A stretch of DNA of 62,102 nucleotides, filler included, from Deltaproteobacteria bacterium (GCA_030698575.1; 10 parts of 10 records of this genome joined end to end with filler, not necessarily neighbours in it); one strand, 5' to 3'; numbered from the whole stretch's first letter, positions 10,134-18,786 are shown. Translations and numbers: made by a program. Notes: generated from the letters alone by a model not told the origin.

Positions 10134-10404
10134 GGTGCGGGGATTATAGGGGCGAGGGGGGAACCTCACAATCGGGCCGGAGCGGGGCGGCGCGGCCGGC
10201 GCGTTGACATCCGCGCGCCGGGGTGGCATGGTCGAGCCGGAGAATCCCATCCGGCCGGCCGGAGCAGTGTCTGCGCATGCGATCCATACTGACCCGACCC
10301 CTCANNNNNNNNNNNNNNNNNNNNNNNNNNNNNNNNNNNNNNNNNNNNTTAATTAATTAANNNNNNNNNNNNNNNNNNNNNNNNNNNNNNNNNNNNNNNN
10401 NNNN

Positions 10405-10609
10405 GGGCGCGGATGCCGCCCTTGACCCAGTTGTTCCGCAGGATGAATTTCGAGTCCAGGCCCGCGATCACGCTGTCGCGTGCATCCTGCGCCGTCCGCG
10501 TAAGGGCGAGCGCCGAGGCGAAGGGGATCTGGTCTCGAATCACACGCTCGAGGAAGCGCGTGACGGGCTCGGTCTTGAACTCGACCGTAATTTTGAGACC
10601 GTCGGCCAT
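10405..10609 (-). CDS. Phage protein, minor tail/head-tail GpZ-like (partial)
   Basis: QIPFASALALTRTA motif typical of this phage gene family; GGGGAGG RBS; truncated by contig end. Confidence 0.6.
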
Positions 10610-10753
10610 GACCTCCCCTTCTCAAAAAGCGGCGGGCGAGAGCTAGAGAAAATCCCCCGCTTGCACGTTGGACTCTCCCTCCGGAGAGAGCCCCTCGCCC
10701 GCCTCCCCGGGTGATCGGCCCGGGGAAATCGTTTTCAGCCCTTCTGTGCCGAT

Positions 10754-10984
10754 TTACCAGTCATCGATCCCTTGGGCGCGCATTACCGCGCGGCCAGGCC
10801 ACGGGCCGCCGCCAGGACAGAGCCAGGGCTGCTCCGCGATCCAACGCAGCGCCGGCTTGATTATGATCTTCCCGTCTGCGTCAACGGGCATGCCTTGAGC
10901 GATCAGGCGGTAGAGATGGCCTCGTGAAAAACCGGAGCGGCGGGCGAAGGCGGCTTTGCTTTCGGTCTTCGGTTCACGCGGCAT
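10754..10984 (-). CDS. Small HTH protein resembling the terminase small subunit (gpNu1-like) N-terminal domain
   Basis: ESKAAFARRSGFSRGHLYRLIAQGMPVDADGKI...ALRW; GAGGT RBS. Confidence 0.5.
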   Translation of the reverse strand: MPREPKTESKAAFARRSGFSRGHLYRLIAQGMPVDADGKIIIKPALRWIAEQPWLCPGGGPWPGRAVMRAQGIDDW

Positions 10985-11114
10985 CTCTTACCTCAAAAGT
11001 GTTACACGTTTTTGAGACGGCCAGAGTGTGATCACCCAAAACGTCGCGCGCTGACCCCCTCTGCTTAAAGGCCAGGGAGGCCCCGCCGCTATAAAGCCTA
11101 GCAATATCAGCTAT

Positions 11115-11621
11115 TTACATCACGTCGAGCACGACTTCGAGATCCGCGTCCGGCCTGCGCCCGATGTCGATGCCCTCGTGCTCGAGCTGGCGCACGAGCT
11201 GCTCTTCCTCGACCTCCAGCTCGAGCAGCTTGGCGTCCAGCTCGGCGAGCTGCGCTACCTTGTCCGCCGGCGAGAGGGCGAGGGGGGCGGCTTCGTAGCA
11301 CTTGGCCAGCGCGTCTTGAAGCGCCTCCTTGAGCTGCTTGCCGCAGAGCCACGCGATGAACCTTTCCAAATCCCTAGCATCGAAGAGCGGCCAGTCGGGC
11401 ACGCCGCTGCCCATGAAGTTGCGGACGCGCGGCTCGTACTGCGCGGCCAGGGCGTCCACGCGCCGGCGAAGTGCGGCCACGGCGGTCTCCTGGTCCACGG
11501 GCGCGGCCTCGATGGCCTGGCGCTCGACCGTCAGCTCTCCGATCTTCTCGCGCAGCCGCTCGGTCCGAGCCCTCGCGCCGTCGCTCCCGTTGCGTGCCTT
11601 CACCTTTCGACTATGACCCAT
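11115..11621 (-). CDS. Hypothetical coiled-coil protein
   Basis: 168-aa ORF with E/L/A/R-rich heptads; GGAGG RBS; overlaps the upstream gene. Confidence 0.65.
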   Translation of the reverse strand: MGHSRKVKARNGSDGARARTERLREKIGELTVERQAIEAAPVDQETAVAALRRRVDALAAQYEPRVRNFMGSGVPDWPLFDARDLERFIAWLCGKQLKEALQDALAKCYEAAPLALSPADKVAQLAELDAKLLELEVEEEQLVRQLEHEGIDIGRRPDADLEVVLDVM

Positions 11622-11971
11622 CCGGTGGCCTCCCCCTGGGCGCGCCGCATCTCGGCCGCCATGTTGTCGATGTGCCCCTGTAGCTCGGCCGCCCGGCGTG
11701 CCTTGAGCGCCTGAACGTCGCGCTCGAACTCGGCGCGCAGCTGCTCCATGCTGGGCCCCTGTAGCTCGACCGCCGGCACGACACGGGCCGCACGTCCCCG
11801 ACCCGTGGCCTCGAACAAGACGGCGGTCTGCTCGCGGCGCGCTGCATGATAGCGAGCGCTCTGCTCACGAGTTACCCCCTCGCGCCCACCTGGCCCGGCA
11901 TCGATCTCGCCGAGCACCGCCGCCTCCTCGCGTACTGCTTGGTCGTATCGCTGGCTCTCTTCTCTGGTCAT
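11600..11971 (-). CDS. Hypothetical protein with an internal ~20-aa duplication
   Basis: MTREESQRYDQAVREEAAVL / VTREQSARYHAARREQTAVL; GGAGG RBS; ATGA overlap with the upstream gene. Confidence 0.65.
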   Translation of the reverse strand: MTREESQRYDQAVREEAAVLGEIDAGPGGREGVTREQSARYHAARREQTAVLFEATGRGRAARVVPAVELQGPSMEQLRAEFERDVQALKARRAAELQGHIDNMAAEMRRAQGEATGWVIVER

Positions 11972-12435
11972 AGTCGTGTCCTCCCCCCTCCTGGGCTGAC
12001 GACCGGCACGAAATCACGATCACGGGCCGGCGCCGGCGTGAATGGGCTCTCTTCGGCCGGCGGCTTGTCGTGGGCCTCCAGCTTGTTCAGCTTCACGTAC
12101 TCCTCCGCCGCGGTGGCGAGCCGGGCCGCGCGGTGCCACTCCTCCTGCAGTCGATCCCGCTCTTCGCGAAGGCGATCCATTTCGAGTTTGCGATCACGCG
12201 CGGTCTCTTCGTTTTTCGCCTGCCGCTTCGCGTCCGGGAACCTGCGCACCGGGCGACCCCCGTCGGTGTCCGGGTAGCGATTGCCGGTGTCGCGGATGGT
12301 GACTGCCTCCTTGTAGAGCTCTGAGGCCGCGCGCCACCGATCGCTCACGTCGCGCAAGATCAAGTTGATCCTCGCCGCCGTCTCCCGCAGCTCGACGAGG
12401 CGTCCGTGGGCGTACTCCGTCTTGAGCGTTTTCAA
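11968..12435 (-). CDS. Hypothetical coiled-coil protein
   Basis: 155-aa ORF; TTG start overlaps the upstream stop; G-rich RBS. Confidence 0.6.
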   Translation of the reverse strand: MKTLKTEYAHGRLVELRETAARINLILRDVSDRWRAASELYKEAVTIRDTGNRYPDTDGGRPVRRFPDAKRQAKNEETARDRKLEMDRLREERDRLQEEWHRAARLATAAEEYVKLNKLEAHDKPPAEESPFTPAPARDRDFVPVVSPGGGRTRL

Positions 12436-12647
12436 TCGAATACCCCCCCTAGTAGATTTTTCATCCGCGACCGCTCGATCACCCGGGTCATCCGCGCCTC
12501 GGCCTGGCGGTCCGGCGGCGGCTCGGGCATCGCGGGCCGTTGCATGTAGCTCGAGCGAACGACGCGGCGCAGGCGGCGGCGGGCGCGCAGGTGCTCAGCC
12601 GCTCGAGCGGCTTGTGTGATCGCGTAGGCCCAAGGCGTTGCTTTCAC
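12432..12647 (-). CDS. Hypothetical protein
   Basis: 71 aa; GTGA overlap with the MT-A70 stop; GGAGG RBS; stop overlaps the next start. Confidence 0.45.
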   Translation of the reverse strand: MKATPWAYAITQAARAAEHLRARRRLRRVVRSSYMQRPAMPEPPPDRQAEARMTRVIERSRMKNLLGGVFD

Positions 12648-13300
12648 GGGGTCGCCTCCTGCTCGAGCCTAACATCGTGCCCCGACTCTCTCCGAGTAGC
12701 TTCCACGTCCGCTTCGCTCGTGAGCTCATTTCCGATCGCATGCCACCCGTCGCGCCGCCGGCGGGCGAAAAGCTCCACGCGGCGATCCCTCCACTCGGGA
12801 TACATGGCCTCGATGATCTCGTAGGCGCGCTCGGGCTTCTCACTGTGCCGGCCGCGCGGGGCGAAGATGACAGACGGCGGGCGCCGGGCCTCCGGAGGCG
12901 TCGGCGGATTCCCGCGCGTGCCAATTAACAGCTGCTCGTGCTGTTGCCGCGCCCACCACCCCATGCCGATCTTGTCCTTCACCCAGACCATGCAGGTCCG
13001 GTAATTGAAGCCCCATGCCGAGAGGGCCTGGAGCCCCTCGGGCAAGAGCGGGCTCGGCACCCAGAGAAAGAGCACAGCATCGTCGGTTGCCAGCTTGCCA
13101 GCGGGGTAAGCGCAAATGTCCTCAAGGCTCATGGTCGGATACTGATTCTCGATCCGGCGGTTATCGGAGATCAGGTGCTTGTACTGCCAGGGGGGATCCG
13201 CCAGGAGAAGCGGGACCCGCGGCACGCCGCACTTTTCAATCTCGGGTGTCCTGATCGCCAGCCGGGAGATTTTCTCGGCGCGGCTCAGTCCGCGCATCAC
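12644..13300 (-). CDS. MT-A70 family adenine methyltransferase domain
   Basis: LLADPPW, YPTMSLEDI, DAVLFLW, AWGFNY, WVKDKIGMGWWARQQHEQLLIGTRG, HSEKPE, VELFARR. Confidence 0.9.
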   Translation of the reverse strand: MMRGLSRAEKISRLAIRTPEIEKCGVPRVPLLLADPPWQYKHLISDNRRIENQYPTMSLEDICAYPAGKLATDDAVLFLWVPSPLLPEGLQALSAWGFNYRTCMVWVKDKIGMGWWARQQHEQLLIGTRGNPPTPPEARRPPSVIFAPRGRHSEKPERAYEIIEAMYPEWRDRRVELFARRRRDGWHAIGNELTSEADVEATRRESGHDVRLEQEATP

Positions 13301-13548
13301 CTCGGGGATCGTCCGCCGCCCCGCTTTGATCTCCTCGAACTGATCGGGTGCCTGCTCGCGAATCGCCTTCGCGTCCTGGACGTACCGCGCGCCGCCTCCC
13401 AGCGGTGGCGGCCGTCGAGGATCTGCCCCGCGTGGACAAGGATCGGCTGGCGGATGCCGTGGGCGCGGATGTCGGCCACCAGGACCTCGAACTCGTCCGC
13501 CGGCATGCGCGGGAAGATGCTCACGATCTTGTGTAGCGTGAACGTCAT
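13297..13548 (-). pseudogene. ParB-like N-terminal domain, out of frame with the downstream MT-A70 (internal deletion)
   Basis: MTFTLHKIVSIFPRMPADEFEVLVADIRAHGIRQPILVHAGQILDGRHRWEAA; the MT-A70 frame picks up at about 13390 with ARYVQDAKAIREQAPDQFEEIKAG. Confidence 0.7.
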
Positions 13549-13823
13549 GCCCGCCCCCGAATCACGTCTTCGATCTGCTCGAGCTCGCGAATCAGCGCCC
13601 GCAACGCACGGCCCGGGATCTCGAGCCGCACGGGCGACTTGTTGAGTCCGCGGTGAAGCACGAGCGAGATCGAAAACTTCATCGCGCCTGACCAGCCCTG
13701 GGCGAAGACGGGCGAAGCCGTGATCTCGAGGGTGCGGCCCGAGCCGAGATCGATCTTGCGCGGGGCACGGGCCCGGGTGGACAGGGACGCGGCGGCTGCG
13801 AAATATCCAGAGCGCCTGGTCAT
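13545..13823 (-). CDS. Hypothetical protein
   Basis: 92 aa; ATGA overlaps at both ends. Confidence 0.55.
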   Translation of the reverse strand: MTRRSGYFAAAASLSTRARAPRKIDLGSGRTLEITASPVFAQGWSGAMKFSISLVLHRGLNKSPVRLEIPGRALRALIRELEQIEDVIRGRA

Positions 13824-14464
13824 GGGGATCCCCCCGCCTGGGCCTTGCGATCCTCACAACGGGCGCAAAATTCGCGGCGGCCGTCCGGGTAGTCCTGAAA
13901 TTCGTGGCCGCACGGGCACTGGATCCACTGCGAGGGGATCGGCCTCACGGTCTCGAGTCCCTTCGCCCGGGCCCGCCCATCCGTGCGCCGCTTTGCGGGT
14001 CCGGGGTCTTGGCCGCGCGGTGAGCGCGGGGCTGCTTTTTGATCAGTAGTGCCAGGAACAGTGCCAGGAGGCGGCGTTTCGTCGGCGTGCGGCTGGCGTT
14101 GCGTCGGCGGGTAGCCTTGTTTCTGTTGCCAATTTCGGACGCCAACGCGCCACTCACCGCCCGGTAGTTTCTTGATACTTACTCCGAGATCGGCCCGACT
14201 TCGGCCCGACTTCGGCCCGAGCTCGGCGAGAGCTCGGCGCAAGAGCCGGTCGGCGGCCGCGACGGTGCGCTTGCCGGCGATGGTCATGCGGGCGGTCGGG
14301 TGCAACAAGATCGCGCCGCCGTCCAGGTGTGCCTTGCGAGCGTTCAACTCGGCGTAGAGCGCGACCACGACGCCCAGGACCTCGCGGTCGTGGATCTCGT
14401 GGACTTCGTACTCATACAGGCGAAAATATCGGCGATGATCCGAAGGGCGGGCGGGCCGGCTCAC
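13820..14464 (-). CDS. Putative replication initiator-like protein with a C-terminal Zn finger
   Basis: GTG start after GGGAGA; YFRLYE N-terminus, VRNWQQKQ, internal 11-bp direct repeats, C-terminal CPCG...CARC; lies just after AlpA. Confidence 0.5.
   Translation of the reverse strand: MSRPARPSDHRRYFRLYEYEVHEIHDREVLGVVVALYAELNARKAHLDGGAILLHPTARMTIAGKRTVAAADRLLRRALAELGPKSGRSRADLGVSIKKLPGGEWRVGVRNWQQKQGYPPTQRQPHADETPPPGTVPGTTDQKAAPRSPRGQDPGPAKRRTDGRARAKGLETVRPIPSQWIQCPCGHEFQDYPDGRREFCARCEDRKAQAGGSP
14190..14243. repeat. Five 11-bp direct repeats (iteron-like)
   Basis: TCGGCCCGACT TCGGCCCGACT TCGGCCCGAGC TCGGCGAGAGC TCGGCGCAAG. Confidence 0.7.
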
Positions 14465-14705
14465 GGTCTCTCCCGCGTAGGGGCGAGTCTGCCGGTGCAA
14501 CTGGCTTGCTTCTGTCGCAGGTGTTGTTTATGCTGCATCGTCGTTCCGTTGTTGTTTCGCGATCGCGCCGCCTCAGCCTGGGGTCCGGCGCGTTCGCATT
14601 TTCAGGTTACAGAAAAAGGGGCCTATCGCAGATGCGACAGAGCCCCCTTTCCGTTGGGCCCCTTCACTCGCCCCGGGGATCAGCCGGGCGCTCTCGTTCA
14701 GCTGC

Positions 14706-14984
14706 TCACGCCGCCGGCGCACTCGCCTGGGGCGCCGACGGGACTCTCGCCTTGCCTCTGAACGCGGCAGGATCGGCGAGCCATCGATCGACTTCAGCCC
14801 GACGAAACACGACGCGGCGCTGCGCCCACTCGACGCGCGCAGGAAAACGGCCCTCGTTTTCCATTCGCCACAACGTCACGCGCGACACGGGCACAAGCTC
14901 GAGCACCTGCTCGATCGAAACGAATCCTTTGGGCGGCCGGGTCCTTGCTGCTGGGGGCTGCGCTTGCGCGCTGTTCTTTTTCAT
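14706..14984 (-). CDS. AlpA-family transcriptional regulator/excisionase
   Basis: FVSIEQVLELVPVSRVTLWRMENEGRFPARV...RRVVFRRAEVDRW. Confidence 0.85.
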   Translation of the reverse strand: MKKNSAQAQPPAARTRPPKGFVSIEQVLELVPVSRVTLWRMENEGRFPARVEWAQRRVVFRRAEVDRWLADPAAFRGKARVPSAPQASAPAA

Positions 14985-15052
14985 AGTGTCCCTGAAATAT
15001 CGTGAACAGCGGAGGCGGTCAAAACTAATTAATGCAGGGGTAAATGCGGTAA

Positions 15053-15274
15053 TTACTTCGCAGCACGTCGGAGCGAGATAAGGCCGGGCTTTTTCAGCGC
15101 TTCGCGCATTGTGCTTTCGAGCGTGTCTTTCGTGACCCAGCATCCGGGGAGCTGGCCCAGGGTGATGTTGAGGGCATTAAATAAAGGGCCTCCGTACTTG
15201 GTTCTCTCTGCATTGTGCCAGGGCATGGATACCTCGCCGCCGGCGTCCCCAACGATCAGAGCGGCGGCCTGAAC
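15053..15274 (-). CDS. Hypothetical protein, 3' end only
   Basis: Hand-translated open frame from the contig edge: VQAAALIVGDAGGEVSMPW...KYGGPLFNAL...RRAAK*. Confidence 0.4.
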   Translation of the reverse strand, partial: VQAAALIVGDAGGEVSMPWHNAERTKYGGPLFNALNITLGQLPGCWVTKDTLESTMREALKKPGLISLRRAAK

Positions 15275-15376
15275 ANNNNNNNNNNNNNNNNNNNNNNNNN
15301 NNNNNNNNNNNNNNNNNNNTTAATTAATTAANNNNNNNNNNNNNNNNNNNNNNNNNNNNNNNNNNNNNNNNNNNNA

Positions 15377-15550
15377 TGGGCGTTGGGAGAGAACTGGCCG
15401 TTCTCGCCCCGCGAGTTCGACTGGGAGAGAGGCGAGGATCTCGACGGAGCGCGCCGCGATCTCGCCCGCCTGGTGGCCATGATGGAGGCGGGACGCGGGG
15501 ACGAACTCCTCCTGGATCCTCACACCCGAAAGCCTCTTCGCGCAGGATAG
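15377..15550 (+). CDS. Hypothetical protein, 3' end only
   Basis: Open frame from the contig edge: WALGENWPFSPREFDWERGEDLDGARRDLARL...LRAG*. Confidence 0.35.
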   Translation, partial: WALGENWPFSPREFDWERGEDLDGARRDLARLVAMMEAGRGDELLLDPHTRKPLRAG

Positions 15551-15621
15551 AATGAACCTGGAAATCCTGGAGGCTGATTTCGGCGACGCTGCGAAATTTA
15601 ACCAATGCCACGCGCAGAGGA

Positions 15622-16188
15622 ATGAACGTGCAGGACGACCTCATTCAGCGATTCCATGCGGCGCTTCCCGAAGTCGTACAGTGGATCGACGCGCTATTGG
15701 ACGAGCACCGCGGACGGGCCCGTGCCGTCAGCACCCTGGGCTGCAAGCGGCTACCGGCCTGTTTTCCACCTGAAATCCTGGAGCGCGCCAGGGCGGTCAC
15801 CGTGCCGCGGGTTCCTTTCCCTCCGATCGATCGTTTCGGCCTGCCGGAGCTGGCGCCGGTGCAACAAATGTCGTTCGCGGGCATCACATTCAAGGACACC
15901 TTCTTCCTGCTGGAAGATCAAGCGTCCGAGAGGCTGTACTTTCACGAACTGGTCCACGTCGTTCAGTGGGCAAGGCTGGGCGTGCGCAACTTCCTCCTGG
16001 CCTATGGCATCGGGCTCATTCAGTTCGGATACAACCAGAGTCCCCTCGAGCAACTCGCCTACACCTTGGAACGTCGTTTCGAGGACGGGAGCCCGCCAAA
16101 AGATCTCGTGCGCTTCATAGAGACACGCACAGACGACGTTTGGGCCGAGGTCGCGCCTATCATTCAAGCAGGGGACAGGAGCGCGTGA
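15622..16188 (+). CDS. HExxH-motif protein (DUF4157-like zinc metallopeptidase)
   Basis: AGITFKDTFF, YFHELVHVVQW, YNQSPLEQLAY; GAGG RBS. Confidence 0.65.
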   Translation: MNVQDDLIQRFHAALPEVVQWIDALLDEHRGRARAVSTLGCKRLPACFPPEILERARAVTVPRVPFPPIDRFGLPELAPVQQMSFAGITFKDTFFLLEDQASERLYFHELVHVVQWARLGVRNFLLAYGIGLIQFGYNQSPLEQLAYTLERRFEDGSPPKDLVRFIETRTDDVWAEVAPIIQAGDRSA

Positions 16189-16205
16189 GAGGGAGGTCCT
16201 TCGGC

Positions 16206-16582
16206 ATGGCCTCGTTTTCGTCTTTGCTAACCGATGTTCGAGCCTGCACCCTCTACAAAGCTGACTTGCCTCTCGGTCCCCGGCCTGTCCTTCAGTTACA
16301 CCCGGCGGCAAGGATTCTGATTGCGGGGCAGGCCCCTGGCAGAAAGGTTCACGAATCTGGCGTGCCGTTCGATGACGCCAGCGGCGACCGGCTGCGCGAG
16401 TGGCTGGGCGTGACCCGCGAGGAGTTCTACGACCCGAGTGCGCGCCGGCCTGGCGGCCGCACCTGGTTCCGCTCCCGCATCCCAGCCCGAGAAACAACCT
16501 CTGGCTGCGCCGGAATCCGTGGTTCGGGGTCGAGCTGCTGCCGTCGCTGCGGAAACGTGTCTCAAAGATTCTTGCCGGGTAA
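16206..16582 (+). pseudogene. Uracil-DNA glycosylase family protein with two internal deletions and a frameshift
   Basis: GPRPVLQ...ILIAGQAPGRKVHESGVPFDDASGDRLREWLG...FYDP; then in another frame PECAPAWR joined directly to PHLVPLPHPSPRNNLWLRRNPWF. Confidence 0.8.
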
Positions 16583-16771
16583 AGAGGGCAAGAGAAGCCC
16601 TATGCCGAACAAAGAGCCTATCCGCTGCCGCGTGGCCGCCTGCCGTGAATCGCTGGACGATGGAAAGGTATGGAGCCTTTTCCTCTCACCCGGCCCGCTC
16701 ATTTGAACTGGCGGCGGGGCGGGCTTATCATCCCATCAGCCATCCGACCGTTCGACGGGGAGGGACCCGGC

Positions 16772-17167
16772 ATGATCAAGCCCATTCGCCAGAGCGTCAC
16801 GTTGCCAACCACGGCCGAGCAGCTCTACGGCATGTACCTCGACCCCAAGTTGCACGAGACAATCACGGGCGCGCCCGTCACCATCAGCGCGACTCCGGGG
16901 TCGCCCTTCAGCGCCTTCAACGGAATGCTCTCCGGGAAGATGCTCCATACCGTGCACAAGCATCTCATCGTTCAGACCTGGCGGTCGAAGAAATGGAAGC
17001 CGGAAGACATCGACAGCGTTCTCATCCTCACGTTCTGGCCGTCGAAGCAGGCGGGGCGCATCGATCTCGTGCATGTCAACGTTCCCGAGCACGACGTCGA
17101 CGGCGTGACGAAAGGTTGGGAGAACTACTACTGGACTCCCTGGCGGCGCTATCTGGAAGAGAGCTGA
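16772..17167 (+). CDS. SRPBCC/AHSA1-like (START) domain protein
   Basis: IRQSVTLP...LYGMYLDPKLHE...LIVQTWR...GWENYYWTPW. Confidence 0.8.
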   Translation: MIKPIRQSVTLPTTAEQLYGMYLDPKLHETITGAPVTISATPGSPFSAFNGMLSGKMLHTVHKHLIVQTWRSKKWKPEDIDSVLILTFWPSKQAGRIDLVHVNVPEHDVDGVTKGWENYYWTPWRRYLEES

Positions 17168-17178
17168 GCGCGCATCCC

Positions 17179-17688
17179 ATGCCCATGTCCGATCACATCC
17201 GCCGCCTGCGCGAGAAGGTGGGCCACGCCCGCCTGCTCCTCCCCTCGGTGACTGCGCTTATTTTTGACGAGGCCGGCCGCGTGCTGCTCGTCGAGCACGC
17301 CGACGCGCGGCGCTGGGTCGCGCCCGGAGGGAGCATCGATCCCGGCGAGATACCCGCCGACGCCCTGGTGCGCGAAGTGTGGGAGGAGACGGGGCTCCAC
17401 GTAGCGCCTATTCGGCTTCACGGCGTCTATTCGGGTCCCGAGTTCACTGTTACCTACTCGAACGGCGACGAAGTCACCTACGTGATGGCCGTCTTCGAGT
17501 GCCGCATCCTGGGCGGCAACATGCGTCCCGATAACGTCGAGACGCTGGACGTGCGTTTCTTCTCGCAGGACGAAATGTCCGGAATCGTCGTCGCCCCCTG
17601 GCTGGCGCTGGTTCTCGCGGACGAGACGCGCCAAGACGGAAAGAGTGGCTATCAGTCGCCCTCCTGGCGACCGCCCGCATCGAAGTGA
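17179..17688 (+). CDS. NUDIX hydrolase
   Basis: PGGSIDPGEIPADALVREVWEETGL NUDIX box; MSDHIRRLREKVGH; YSNGD. Confidence 0.9.
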   Translation: MPMSDHIRRLREKVGHARLLLPSVTALIFDEAGRVLLVEHADARRWVAPGGSIDPGEIPADALVREVWEETGLHVAPIRLHGVYSGPEFTVTYSNGDEVTYVMAVFECRILGGNMRPDNVETLDVRFFSQDEMSGIVVAPWLALVLADETRQDGKSGYQSPSWRPPASK

Positions 17689-17748
17689 ACCGATCCCCCC
17701 ACCCTTATCGCGGCCTTTCGAGGCCGCCCTATCCCGAGCCCTGCAGCC

Positions 17749-18309
17749 ATGCGTGACATCGTCGTCGAGGTCTCGGGCAGCGTGCGCGCAACGCTGGAGA
17801 CGACCTTCGACGTCTTCGCGCCGATCGATCTGCGCCTCATTTTACGGGGCTACGGCCCGCTCCCCGCCGTGGCATCGGTCGAAGATCAGACTGGCGCCTG
17901 GGATGCGCCGGGTCAGACACGGACCATCCGTCTCTCTGACGGAAGCGGCATGCGAGAGGCGTTGACGCTCGTCGAGCGGCCGCGTCACTTTGCCTATGTG
18001 ATCGATGAACTCACCGGCCCTTTCCGGTTTCTGGTGCGCGGCATGCGGGGAGCTTGGTGGTTCGAGCCTGTTCCGGACGGCGCGTCAGGCTCAACCGCGG
18101 CCGCGCAGCAAACGCGGGCGCGCTGGCGCTACGCCTTCGAGCCGCGCTCACGCTTCACCCGCCCGCTGGCCGCCTTCATCGTAAAGGTCCTCTGGCGTCG
18201 AAACATGCAGCGCGCGCTCGCACTCGCGCGCGCCCATGCTGAGGCAGCGGAACAATCGCGGGCCAGACCCGCCGCCGGTGGCGACGTGCCGGAAAGCGTG
18301 CAGCATTGA
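17749..18309 (+). CDS. SRPBCC/polyketide cyclase-like protein
   Basis: GYGPLPAV...WDAPGQTRTIRLSDGSGMRE...GAWWF...RWRYAFEP. Confidence 0.7.
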   Translation: MRDIVVEVSGSVRATLETTFDVFAPIDLRLILRGYGPLPAVASVEDQTGAWDAPGQTRTIRLSDGSGMREALTLVERPRHFAYVIDELTGPFRFLVRGMRGAWWFEPVPDGASGSTAAAQQTRARWRYAFEPRSRFTRPLAAFIVKVLWRRNMQRALALARAHAEAAEQSRARPAAGGDVPESVQH

Positions 18310-18478
18310 GGGTGCGCACGCTCCCAGACTTTTAATCCTGGACAGCCTGTGGCATTCTCTCCGTGCGCTCTCTGAACGCGCGCTTATGCGCATTGGAGAC
18401 GGGCGGGCGGCCCGAACCGCGCACAGAGGATTCAAAGAGGACGCGTGGCCTGTTCCGCGTGCCGGGCAGTGTGGAGGG

Positions 18479-18751
18479 ATGCATTTGCGCGCACAGGTGC
18501 TTGTCATCATCCTCATCCTGATCGGCGCGGGGTTCGTCCTCGTCACGCTCGGCCGGCGCAAGGACGAGCAGCTCCGAAACTCCGGCGTCTATCCCCGGGA
18601 GGGCCAGGAGACCGGCGCCGACGTCGACCGCCTCATCCTGTTGGGTCACAAGATCGAAGCCATCAAGGTCTACAGGAAGTTGCACGGGGTCGGGCTGAAG
18701 GAAGCCAAGGAAGCCGTAGAGAAGCGCCAGTCGGAGATTGGCGTGAAATGA
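18479..18751 (+). CDS. Small membrane-anchored protein with a ribosomal L7/L12 C-terminal-like domain
   Basis: N-terminal TM helix; GHKIEAIKVYRKLHGVGLKEAKEAVE; GGAGGG RBS. Confidence 0.7.
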   Translation: MHLRAQVLVIILILIGAGFVLVTLGRRKDEQLRNSGVYPREGQETGADVDRLILLGHKIEAIKVYRKLHGVGLKEAKEAVEKRQSEIGVK

Positions 18752-18786
18752 GCACGCCGCAGCAACCTCCCATCATAGAGGTCCCC

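Larger units (their letters stand above)
10405..15275 (-). mobile_element. Phage-satellite-like (PICI-like) or cryptic prophage fragment
   Basis: All genes on the minus strand, many with overlapping stop/start codons: AlpA, rep-like gene with 11-bp repeats, ParB/MT-A70, coiled-coil hypotheticals, terS-like HTH, GpZ-like gene. No integrase within the contig. Confidence 0.7.

Noticed and set aside
13380-13400. Programmed frameshift joining ParB and MT-A70
   Set aside because: No slippery heptamer, and protein sequence appears to be missing at the junction, which favours a deletion.
18479-18751. rplL (ribosomal protein L7/L12)
   Set aside because: Only the C-terminal motif is present, fused to a TM helix and outside any ribosomal operon.
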